From Candidatus Caccoplasma sp. (GTDB taxonomy: Bacteria > Bacteroidota > Bacteroidia > Bacteroidales > G3-4614): a stretch of 64,000 nucleotides of DNA. The notes below the pieces were generated by a model. The model searched no databases and was not told where the DNA came from. It was given only the letters and a program-made list of their open reading frames with translations. The DNA is taken from positions 137,647-201,646 of the forward strand of contig JAZLBW010000045.1 in NCBI GenBank assembly GCA_045613905.1, read 5' to 3'. Made by a program: the position numbers and the translations under genes. Shown in pieces: positions 10,149 to 18,273 of the stretch (position 1 is the stretch's first letter; each line of letters opens with the position of its first letter).

Positions 10149-11108
10149 TTAAAGTTTTAATTTTTCTGATATATCCAACATGCGTTGAATAGATATAACA
10201 GCCTTTTCTCTTATCTCTTCATCAACAAAAACCTCATGTTTTTCGTTTTTAAGAGCATCGTATAATTTTTCAAGAGTATTATATTTCATAAAAGCACACT
10301 CATTGCAAGCGCAAGCAGAATCTTCGGGAGGTGCAGGAATAAACTCTTTATCGGGACAAGATTGTCTCATTTTAAATAATATACCCGATTCGGTGGCAAC
10401 AATAAATTTTTTGCAATCCGATTTTATGGCATAATTCAATAGAGCAGCTGTTGAACCAACTTTATCTGCTACAATAAGAATATGTTTTTTACACTCAGGG
10501 TGAGCCAACACTTCGGCATCGGGATTTTGTTCTTTAAGTTCTTTTATTTTTTGAAGAGAAAATTGTTCGTGAACATCACAAGCACCATTCCAAACAACCA
10601 TCTCTCTACCTGTAACAGAATTTATATAACTGCCTAAATTTCGGTCGGGACCAAATATAATTTTTTCGTCTTTAGGGAACGATTCAACAATCTCCTTTGC
10701 ATTGGAGCTTGTAACCACAACATCGGTCAAAGCCTTAACCTCGGCAGTTGTATTAACATATGATACAACTTTATATCCGGGATACTGTTTTATAAATTCA
10801 GCCAAATCCTCAGCCTTGCAACTATCAGCCAAAGAGCAGCCTGCCGTATTATCAGGAATAAGAACTTTTTTATCGGGACACAATATTTTAGCTGTCTCGC
10901 CCATAAAGTTAACTCCACACACCACTAAAATATCAGCATCTGTTTTAGCAGCCCATTGAGCAAGAGCCAAACTGTCACCAACAAAATCTGCCACTTCTTG
11001 AATCTCATCGCGTTGGTAGTAGTGAGCCAATATTACTGCATTCTTCTCCTCTTTTAATTTTTTAATTTCCTCTACTATATTCATAAAATGAAATTTAGTT
11101 TTATTCAT
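10149..11108 (-). CDS. nadA: Quinolinate synthase
   Basis: AVILAHYYQRDEIQEVADFVGDSL, conserved Cys residues and typical length. An alternative ATG lies at 11084. Confidence 0.9.
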   Translation of the reverse strand: MNKTKFHFMNIVEEIKKLKEEKNAVILAHYYQRDEIQEVADFVGDSLALAQWAAKTDADILVVCGVNFMGETAKILCPDKKVLIPDNTAGCSLADSCKAEDLAEFIKQYPGYKVVSYVNTTAEVKALTDVVVTSSNAKEIVESFPKDEKIIFGPDRNLGSYINSVTGREMVVWNGACDVHEQFSLQKIKELKEQNPDAEVLAHPECKKHILIVADKVGSTAALLNYAIKSDCKKFIVATESGILFKMRQSCPDKEFIPAPPEDSACACNECAFMKYNTLEKLYDALKNEKHEVFVDEEIREKAVISIQRMLDISEKLKL

Positions 11109-11597
11109 CCACCTTTTTCCACAAACAAATAAATATATATTCTTTTTTAAATAGAAAAAAAATGATGATGATAATATATTGTTAATACATTTGATATCTT
11201 TTTTGCTATTTATTTGGAAAATTGGTTATTAATAATCAATCAACAAAATAAACAGAGAAATCAACAGCATTAATAATTGATTATAAATAGAATATATACT
11301 TTATTAACACTATGTTGATAAAGTACAAAGTTAATTAAATTTTTTATTTTTAGTATTGATAACCATTAAATATGATGTGAATAAATAAAAAGAAAAGAAA
11401 TTTGATAATAACAGCACATATTTGAATATTTGATTATACAAATTGATATTTTAAAAATGCAACATAATTTTTTGAAAAGTTATTATACGCTATTAACAAC
11501 TTATCAACAGGTTATTAATAATTAGGAATTAGAAATTTTGAGATTTAGCGAGAGAAGTGCCAAATTTATTTGAGCACTACCGAGCGAGAGTAAAAAC

Positions 11598-11615
11598 AAC
11601 AAACATATGTTTGTT
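11598..11615. repeat. Perfect 18-nt palindrome AACAAACATATGTTTGTT
   Basis: Read directly from the sequence. It lies in the 700-bp AT-rich nadA/trmH-like gap. Confidence 0.6.
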
Positions 11616-11682
11616 AATTAGGAATGATTTATTATTTCTATTTCTTTAATTTTAAAGAAGATAGAAATATAGAAGATACTTC

Positions 11683-11767
11683 TATTCCCTTAATAAAGTG
11701 TAATAATATTGAATTATTCATTCGAAAAAGTGTAGCTATATTAAATTATTCCCTTGAAAAAGTGTAA
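11683..11767 (+). repeat. Direct repeats TATTCCCTTNAWAAAGTGTAA (2 copies, 19/21 identical) plus a third GAAAAAGTGTA core
   Basis: Copies at 11683-11703 and 11747-11767, with a core at 11724-11734. The last copy overlaps a TAAATTCG -7-like box 40 nt upstream of the methyltransferase ATG. Confidence 0.6.
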
Positions 11768-11810
11768 ATTCGCCAGCAAATAAATAAAGTAAGATATTAA
11801 AAATAAAGAT

Positions 11811-12338
11811 ATGAAAAAATTATCAGTAGTAGAGTTAGAACGAGTTAGTAAAGAGGAGTTTAAACAATTAGATAAAACTCCTTTGGTTGTGGTGCTCGAT
11901 AATATAAGAAGTTTAAATAATGTGGGATCTGTATTCCGTAGTTCCGATGCCTTTAAGCTTGAAAAAATATATTTGTGTGGAGTAACAGCCACACCTCCCA
12001 ATGTTGAGATACACAAAACTGCGCTTGGTGCCGAGGATAGTATGGATTGGGAGTATTATGAAGATACCAAAGAGGTGGTTGAAAAACTTAAAAATGAAGG
12101 CTATAAAGTGTTTGCAGTTGAACAGGTGCAAAACAGTATAATGCTCGATAAAGTTGAACTTGATAAAAACAGTCGTTATGCGCTTATATTGGGAAACGAG
12201 GTAAAAGGAGTTCAACAAGAGGTAGTGAACATGTGCGATTTTGCAGTTGAAATACCTCAGTTTGGAACTAAACACTCTTTGAATGTATCTGTTGCCGGAG
12301 GTATTGTTATATGGGAGTTCTTTAAAAAATTACAGTAG
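11811..12338 (+). CDS. SpoU/TrmH-family RNA 2'-O-methyltransferase
   Basis: LDNIRSLNNVGSVFRS, LGNEVKGV and IPQFGTKHSLNVSVAGGIV, which are SpoU motifs 1-3. Confidence 0.8.
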   Translation: MKKLSVVELERVSKEEFKQLDKTPLVVVLDNIRSLNNVGSVFRSSDAFKLEKIYLCGVTATPPNVEIHKTALGAEDSMDWEYYEDTKEVVEKLKNEGYKVFAVEQVQNSIMLDKVELDKNSRYALILGNEVKGVQQEVVNMCDFAVEIPQFGTKHSLNVSVAGGIVIWEFFKKLQ

Positions 12339-12357
12339 AAAGATAATATAACTTTTC

Positions 12358-12438
12358 ATCTTTACCCAATAATGATTTGCCAGCTTTTAATTGTTCAAGG
12401 GCTTTAACCTTGATGCTTTCAAAATAAAATTCGCTCAT
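12358..12438 (-). pseudogene. Relic of an IS256 (mutator)-family transposase N-terminus (about 27 codons)
   Basis: The translation MSEFYFESIKVKALEQLKAGKSLLGKD matches my recollection of the F-x-F-E-x-x-K...LK-x-G-x-x-LLGKDG start of IS256-family transposases. After that the frame runs into unrelated sequence and a stop. Confidence 0.4.
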
Positions 12439-12454
12439 AATAAAACTATGTTAG

Positions 12455-12462
12455 CAAAGTTA
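12455..12462 (-). promoter_or_regulatory. -7 box TAACTTTG upstream of the transposase relic
   Basis: Matches the Bacteroidetes TAnnTTTG consensus, 17 nt upstream of the relic ATG. Confidence 0.4.
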
Positions 12463-12641
12463 ATTATTGGTGTCCGGTAAAAAAAAATTACAACAAATAT
12501 ATTTGATTGTCAATTAATACATTAAAAATGTTCTTATTAAGTAAGGCTTGTACTATTATTAGAAATCAATATGATAGACACATTAGTCAGAAACTTATAA
12601 TTTTTTATAAACTTTTTGACCGCAAAAAGTTACAAAAACTC

Positions 12642-12831
12642 TCGCACCTGATATAAAACAGTCATTCAAATTTTTGTTCGGGAGTTCTTCGAACATCCCT
12701 CAGTCAATTTTCATTTGCCGTTACAGCTATTCCCTCGTTTGCAGGGTGTTGCGGGACTCGCTTCGCTCGAACAGTCCTCACACTTAATCCTGCAAACTTC
12801 AGGGCTTTCACTCTGTTTTATAATGGTGCGA
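12642..12831. repeat. 190-nt element bounded by 19-20-nt inverted repeats, with highly structured interior
   Basis: TCGCACCTGATATAAAACAG (12642-12661) pairs with CTGTTTTATAATGGTGCGA (12813-12831) as 6+10 bp. Inside are a 6-bp hairpin TGTTCG/CGAACA and a long imperfect hairpin at 12732-12804. Confidence 0.55.
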
Positions 12832-12926
12832 TTAATTTTTTAATATTACTCTGATTCAAATACGTCTTTATTTCTCTTTTTGATTTTTATCGGACAGCAA
12901 TAATTTATAAATTTTTCTCTCCTTTT

Positions 12927-14177
12927 TTACTCTTTTACGTTGGGTACTATTTTGAATAGTTTGTCCGATGGGCGTATTTTTGTGCCTACGGCTATTGAGA
13001 ATAGGTCGCCTTTTACAACTTTTGTTGCGGGTGCAAAGTTTACTCGCATATCTTTTGCTTCGATGGTTATTGCTCCTGTTGTGGGTCCTGTTATCAATAG
13101 TTTGTCGCCTTCGTTAAATTCTCCGCTCTCCATTAGGAACTCGGCAACGCCTATGTTTGAGAAGTATTTTGTTCCTTTTCCTATGTACTCTTTGCGTTCG
13201 GTTGCTTCAGAGCCGTAGCTCGATGACCACTCGCCCAAGCGTTGTCCAAGGTAGTATCCGTTCCAGAAACCGCGATTGAATACGGTTGCTAAACGTGTAT
13301 CCCAATCTGCTATTTTCTCCTCGTTGAATGTACCTTCAATGTAGCTCTCAACTGCTTCGCGATAGCACTCCACCACTGTGCGTACATACTCGGCACTGCG
13401 GGCACGTCCCTCAATCTTAAATACTCTTACTCCGGAATCAATCATTTTGTTCATGAAGTGTATTGTCTTAAGGTCTTTGGGCGACATTATATATTGGTTC
13501 TCGATATCCAACTCTATGTTTGTCTCTTTATCTTTTACGGTGTATCCTCTACGGCATATTTGAAGGCATGATCCTCGGTTGGCTGAGTAGTTCATTTCGT
13601 GCAAACTTAAGTAGCATTTACCCGATACTGCCATACATAATGCTCCGTGTGCAAACATCTCTATACGTACTTGCTCTCCCTTGGGTCCTGTGATGTTCTC
13701 CTCTTGTATTCTTTTGTATATGCCCGATACTTGGTCGAGGTTCAACTCGCGAGCCAATACCACTACGTCGGCAAATTGTGCGTAGAATTTCAGTGCTTCG
13801 GCATTTGAGATATTTAATTGTGTTGATAGGTGTACCTCTACGCCTATTGAATTGGCATAGCTCATTGCTGCCACATCTGATGCTATAATTGCACTTACGC
13901 CCGATTCTTTTACCGTGTCGATGATTTTTCGCATCAACTCAAGGTCGCCGTCGTATATTACGGTGTTTACGGTTAGATACGTTTTTATGTTGTTTTGGTT
14001 ACAGATTTCGGCTATGTTGCGAAGGTCGTCAAGGGTAAAGTTGTTTGACGAACGTGAACGCATGTTCAATCCCTCCACTCCGAAATATACCGAATCGGCT
14101 CCTCCCTGTATTGCTGCTGTAAGCGATTCGTATGAGCCTACGGGAGCCATTATTTCAAAATCTTTACGTTGTAACAT
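12927..14177 (-). CDS. Peptidase U32 family protein (collagenase-like)
   Basis: N-terminal EIMAPVGSYESLTAAIQGGADSVYFG and the conserved E-x-F-x-H-G-A-x-C region MFAHGALCMAVSGKC. Confidence 0.85.
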   Translation of the reverse strand: MLQRKDFEIMAPVGSYESLTAAIQGGADSVYFGVEGLNMRSRSSNNFTLDDLRNIAEICNQNNIKTYLTVNTVIYDGDLELMRKIIDTVKESGVSAIIASDVAAMSYANSIGVEVHLSTQLNISNAEALKFYAQFADVVVLARELNLDQVSGIYKRIQEENITGPKGEQVRIEMFAHGALCMAVSGKCYLSLHEMNYSANRGSCLQICRRGYTVKDKETNIELDIENQYIMSPKDLKTIHFMNKMIDSGVRVFKIEGRARSAEYVRTVVECYREAVESYIEGTFNEEKIADWDTRLATVFNRGFWNGYYLGQRLGEWSSSYGSEATERKEYIGKGTKYFSNIGVAEFLMESGEFNEGDKLLITGPTTGAITIEAKDMRVNFAPATKVVKGDLFSIAVGTKIRPSDKLFKIVPNVKE

Positions 14178-14181
14178 TGTA

Positions 14182-16791
14182 TTATCGTCCTAATAGTATT
14201 TTTTTAATTTCGTTAAGTTTATTGAGTGCCTCAATTGGTGTGAGGTTGTTTATGTCCATTCCCAATATTCTGCTGCGTATATCAGATAGTACGGGGTCGT
14301 CTAACTGATATAGCGACAACTGCATTCCTCCTGCTTTTGCTGCCGAGGGTGTGGGTTTTGATATGTTGCGGTCTTCGCTGCCTTTTTCCAACTCTTTCAG
14401 TATTTCGTCGGCACGACTTACTATATTGCGTGGCATTCCTGCCATTTTTGCCACATGAATACCAAAACTGTGCTCACTGCCACCACGCACCAATTTGCGT
14501 AGGAATACAACTTTGTTATCTACCTCTTTCACCGATACGTTGTAGTTGACTATTCTCGAAAACTCCTTCTCCATTTCGTTCAACTCGTGGTAGTGGGTTG
14601 CAAAGAGTGTCTTTGCTTTTGCTCTGTCGTTTTCGTGTATATGTTCAACTATTGCCCATGCTATTGATATTCCGTCGTATGTGCTTGTTCCTCGGCCTAA
14701 CTCGTCGAACAGTACAAGGCTTCTTTCGGAGATGTTGTTTAGGATATATGCCGCTTCGTTCATCTCAACCATAAAGGTTGATTCGCCAAGCGATATGTTA
14801 TCCGATGCTCCAACGCGGGTGAACACTTTGTCCACTATTCCTATTTGTGCCGATTGGGCAGGAACAAAACATCCTGTTTGTGCCATTATGGTTATAAGGG
14901 CTGTTTGACGTAGGAGTGCCGATTTTCCTGCCATGTTGGGTCCGGTAATTATCATTATTTGCTCTTTATCGTTGTCGAGTTTGAGCGAGTTTGTAACATA
15001 CTCCTCTCCGGGGGGGAGCTGCTTTTCAATTACAGGGTGGCGTCCCTCTTCGATAGATAGCGATAGCGAATCGTCGAGTATGGGACGTATATATTTGTTC
15101 TCTTTTGCTACTGTTGCAAATGATAGTAAACAGTCCATTTGAGCCAACATGGTTGCATTGCGTTGCATTGCGCTTATGTGGAGAGTGGTGGCATGTACCA
15201 ATTCGGTAAACAATCTGCCCTCAATTGCTAATATCTTCTCTTCTGCACCGAGGATTTTCTCTTCATACTCTTTAAGCTCTTGTGTTATGTAGCGTTCGGC
15301 ATTTGTAAGGGTTTGTTTGCGTATCCACTCTTCAGGAACTTTGTCTTTGTGAGTGTTGCGAACCTCAATATAGTAGCCGAAAACGTTGTTGTAGCTGATT
15401 TTAAGAGATGGAATTCCTGTTGCTTCGCTCTCGCGTTGTTGTATGTGCATTAGGTACTCTTTGCCCGAGCCTGACATTCTGCGTAGTTCGTCCAACTCTT
15501 CGTTTATTCCTTCGCGTATAATTCCGCCTTTGTTTATTAGAGATGGTGCATCGGGCGATATCTCTCTGTCAATTCTATCGCGTATCTCTTGGCATAGATC
15601 CAACTCTTTTGCAAAGAGTGATAGTACCGGGTTTTGACTATTGGCACATACCTCCTTGATTGGCTCTATTGCAGCGAGTGCTACTCGCAGTTGTACCATC
15701 TCGCGAGGTGTTACACGTCCTACTGCAACCTTTGATGTGAGGCGTTCGAGGTCGCCTATGAGCGACATCTTCTCTTCAAGTATGCTCTTGTCTTCGGGGA
15801 AGCGGAAGAGGTGGTCAACAACGTCCAATCGTTGGTTTATTGCCGTTACGTCTTTTAGTGGGAATGTCAACCATCGGCGCATCATACGACTACCCATTGG
15901 TGACAGGGTGCGGTCAATTACGTCCAATAGCGATTTTCCCCCCTCGTTCATCGGGGCAAGCAGTTCAAGGCTGCGCAGTGTGAATTTATCTAATCTTACA
16001 TAACGCTCCTCCTCTACTCTTGAGAGTGCTGTTATGTGTGATATTTGAGTGTGTTGAGTTATGTCGAGATAGTGAAGGATTGCTCCCGATGCAACTATTC
16101 CCAATTTTAAGTGTTCTACACCGAAACCTTTTAGGTTTTTTGTCTCGAAGTGTTTTAACAGACGACTCTTTGCCGCATCGTCGGTAAAAATCCAATCCTC
16201 CAATTCGAATATCAGAAACTTTGACCCGAATTTCGAGGTAAACAGGTCGCGTTTACCGCGTTCAACCAATATCTCTTTAGGGGCAAAGCTGTTTAGCAGT
16301 TTGTCAATGTGATCTGCCCCGCCCTCGGCTGTGAGGAACTCTCCTGTTGATATGTCGAGTAGTGATATTCCGCACGAATGGCGCTCGAAGTGTATGGCTG
16401 CCACAAAGTTGTTTTCTTTGTGATTTAGCACGTTGTCGTTAATTGATACTCCGGGAGTAACCAATTCGGTTATTCCGCGTTTTACCAATTTTTTTGTAAG
16501 CTTGGGGTCTTCGAGCTGTTCACAAATGGCAACGCGTTTACCGGCTCTTACGAGTTTTGGCAAGTAGGCATCTAAAGCATGGTGTGGGAATCCTGCCAAT
16601 TCAACAAATTGTGCGGCTCCGTTTGCTCTGCGTGTAAGGGTAATTCCCAATATTTCCGATGTCTCTATTGCATCGGAAGAGAATGTTTCGTAAAAGTCTC
16701 CAACTCTGAAAAGCAGTATTGCGTCGGGGTGTTTTCCCTTCATCTCAATATACTGTTTCATCAGTGGTGTTTCTGCTATCTTGCCTGCCAT
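14182..16791 (-). CDS. mutS: DNA mismatch repair protein MutS
   Basis: TPLMKQY, FYETF, Walker [18 protein letters not shown]. 869 aa. Confidence 0.95.
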   Translation of the reverse strand: MAGKIAETPLMKQYIEMKGKHPDAILLFRVGDFYETFSSDAIETSEILGITLTRRANGAAQFVELAGFPHHALDAYLPKLVRAGKRVAICEQLEDPKLTKKLVKRGITELVTPGVSINDNVLNHKENNFVAAIHFERHSCGISLLDISTGEFLTAEGGADHIDKLLNSFAPKEILVERGKRDLFTSKFGSKFLIFELEDWIFTDDAAKSRLLKHFETKNLKGFGVEHLKLGIVASGAILHYLDITQHTQISHITALSRVEEERYVRLDKFTLRSLELLAPMNEGGKSLLDVIDRTLSPMGSRMMRRWLTFPLKDVTAINQRLDVVDHLFRFPEDKSILEEKMSLIGDLERLTSKVAVGRVTPREMVQLRVALAAIEPIKEVCANSQNPVLSLFAKELDLCQEIRDRIDREISPDAPSLINKGGIIREGINEELDELRRMSGSGKEYLMHIQQRESEATGIPSLKISYNNVFGYYIEVRNTHKDKVPEEWIRKQTLTNAERYITQELKEYEEKILGAEEKILAIEGRLFTELVHATTLHISAMQRNATMLAQMDCLLSFATVAKENKYIRPILDDSLSLSIEEGRHPVIEKQLPPGEEYVTNSLKLDNDKEQIMIITGPNMAGKSALLRQTALITIMAQTGCFVPAQSAQIGIVDKVFTRVGASDNISLGESTFMVEMNEAAYILNNISERSLVLFDELGRGTSTYDGISIAWAIVEHIHENDRAKAKTLFATHYHELNEMEKEFSRIVNYNVSVKEVDNKVVFLRKLVRGGSEHSFGIHVAKMAGMPRNIVSRADEILKELEKGSEDRNISKPTPSAAKAGGMQLSLYQLDDPVLSDIRSRILGMDINNLTPIEALNKLNEIKKILLGR

Positions 16792-16813
16792 TGTATCTCT
16801 TATTTGCTTGGCA

Positions 16814-16821
16814 CGAAATTA
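16814..16821 (-). promoter_or_regulatory. Possible -7 box TAATTTCG for mutS
   Basis: TAnnTTCG variant 23 nt upstream of the mutS ATG. Confidence 0.3.
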
Positions 16822-16859
16822 ATAAAAATATGCCTCTTTTACAAACAGAAATTTTGATA

Positions 16860-16867
16860 TACTTTTG
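16860..16867 (+). promoter_or_regulatory. -7 box TACTTTTG for the glycosyltransferase gene
   Basis: Exact TAnnTTTG match. It lies inside the track's extended ORF, which argues for the ATG at 16887 as the true start. Confidence 0.45.
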
Positions 16868-16886
16868 TATGGAATTTTTTAATACT

Positions 16887-17732
16887 ATGATTGTGAAAAC
16901 AAGAGAGATTACTATTACACCGTATGGAGGATTGGCCAATCGTATGAGAGCTATGAATTCTGTTATTGAGTTTGCGAAAATTTCGTCAATTCCTGTCCAT
17001 GTCGTGTGGTTCAGTAATTTTGAGTTGAATGCATCGTTTGGTGAACTTTTTGAGACCCCCGACTACCCTATGTTAAGGGTTAAAGAGGCAGGTGTTTTTG
17101 ATAGGTTTATCTATCGTTCACCTCGTCGTCATTCTCTTTGGTTGCCACTTTTTACGGCACCTTTCTTGTTTGATACCACAATATACTCTGCCGATTTTGT
17201 GCGCGAGAGAGATAACGGAACTCTTGCCGACAGAATTTTAAACGGAGGCAGGGTTATGATAGAGAGTTGTTACGATTTTGGTAACTACGGCGATGCTCTT
17301 TCAAGAAATTTTATTCCCAAAAAGGATATTCTCTCTTGGGTTGATGAGTTTGTAAGGGATAACTTCACATCAAATACCATTGGAGTGCATATTCGAAGAA
17401 CAGATAATGAGCAGTCGATAAAAAATTCTCCGTTGTCGCTTTTTTGCGATGCAATGCACCGAGAGATAGAGCTATGTGCCGACACAAAATTTTATGTTGC
17501 CACTGATGACATGGCTACAAAACGCGAGTTGAAAGAGATTTTTGGTGATAGGATTCTTTCAATTGAGACAGATTGTAATCGCAACAGTTTGCAAGGAATG
17601 AAGGAGGCTGTCAAGGAGATGTGGATTTTATCTCGCACTTCAAAAATCTATGGTAGTTTTTACAGCTCTTATTCCGAAATTGCATCTCAACTCGGAAATA
17701 TTCCTCTGCATATTTTGCAAAGAGAGAGGTAG
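16887..17732 (+). CDS. Fucosyltransferase-like glycosyltransferase (GT11/GT23/O-FucT superfamily motifs)
   Basis: N-terminal PYGGLANRMRAM (compare GGLGNQMF) and GVHIRRTDN (HxRRxD motif). The track start at 16719 overlaps mutS and precedes the promoter box. Confidence 0.55.
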   Translation: MIVKTREITITPYGGLANRMRAMNSVIEFAKISSIPVHVVWFSNFELNASFGELFETPDYPMLRVKEAGVFDRFIYRSPRRHSLWLPLFTAPFLFDTTIYSADFVRERDNGTLADRILNGGRVMIESCYDFGNYGDALSRNFIPKKDILSWVDEFVRDNFTSNTIGVHIRRTDNEQSIKNSPLSLFCDAMHREIELCADTKFYVATDDMATKRELKEIFGDRILSIETDCNRNSLQGMKEAVKEMWILSRTSKIYGSFYSSYSEIASQLGNIPLHILQRER

Positions 17733-17743
17733 TGGTTTCCTCT

Positions 17744-18268
17744 CTACAGCTTCATTTTTTTAAGTTCTGCAACAGCCTCGCGTATTGAGCGTAGTCCAAA
17801 CTCCTCGGGCGATAACTCATCGATGGGTATGAAACGTGTTTCTGCCACATCGTCGTTGGCAATCAACCCCTCTGTTGTTTCAACTTTGCAGATAAAAAAG
17901 AGATCCATTGTGTTTACTATCATGCCCGAAAAGGGGTATATGTTGGGCTTTGAGAAGAGAAATGTTACTTGGGTGACATCTAACCCTGTCTCCTCTTTAA
18001 CCTCGCGAATTACACCTGCTTCGGCTGTTTCTCCAATATCGGTAAAACCTCCGGGTAGATCCAATGTTCCTTTTGCAGGCTCTTTGGCTCTGCGGCACAC
18101 CAATATTTCGTTGTTGCTGTTTATGATTATTGCTACGGTTGCCGCTTTGGGATTGTCGTAATAGGTAAATCCGCAACTCTCACACTTTTTTGAGTATGGA
18201 CTATTTTCTGCAAACGGTTCGTGTCCGCATGCCGGACAAAACTTGAATTTATCTAAAGGGTGTGCCAT
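17744..18268 (-). CDS. NUDIX hydrolase with N-terminal zinc ribbon
   Basis: CPACG...CESCG zinc ribbon and Nudix box GGFTDIGETAEAGVIREVKEETGL. Confidence 0.8.
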   Translation of the reverse strand: MAHPLDKFKFCPACGHEPFAENSPYSKKCESCGFTYYDNPKAATVAIIINSNNEILVCRRAKEPAKGTLDLPGGFTDIGETAEAGVIREVKEETGLDVTQVTFLFSKPNIYPFSGMIVNTMDLFFICKVETTEGLIANDDVAETRFIPIDELSPEEFGLRSIREAVAELKKMKL

Positions 18269-18273
18269 ATCTC

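Noticed and set aside
11547-11588. A shared architecture of paired AGCGAG hexamers flanking a hairpin, seen at 11547/11583, 23311/23350 and 26993/27028, with CTCGCT also in the loop of the 12732-12804 hairpin.
   Set aside because: The spacing differs between loci (36, 39 and 35 nt). One copy reads AGCGAA. A 6-mer is too short to establish homology by eye. I keep it only as a hint that needs a genome-wide motif enrichment test.
11624-11764. A 46-aa ORF (MIYYFYFFNFKEDR...) in the AT-rich gap, and a 42-aa ORF at 12528-12656.
   Set aside because: These are chance ORFs of the kind expected in AT-rich DNA. They have no promoter box in a suitable position, their composition simply mirrors the AT bias, and they overlap the direct-repeat and inverted-repeat structures.
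11109-11810. The AT-rich 702-bp gap as a replication origin (oriC).
   Set aside because: Only degenerate DnaA-box-like 9-mers are present: TTATCAACA twice and TTTTCCACA once, with no exact TTATCCACA. dnaA and dnaN are not nearby. Genes on the far side (12927 onward) stay on the minus strand rather than diverging from the gap. A cumulative GC-skew plot of the whole replicon would settle this, and I cannot compute it here.
12642-12831. The 190-nt structured element as 6S RNA, given similar length and a long closing stem.
   Set aside because: The interior is strongly asymmetric, with about 70 nt on the 5' side and about 8 nt on the 3' side before the long hairpin. That is unlike the two-sided central bubble of 6S RNA. 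No promoter box or terminator flanks it. An Rfam covariance scan would be needed to be certain.
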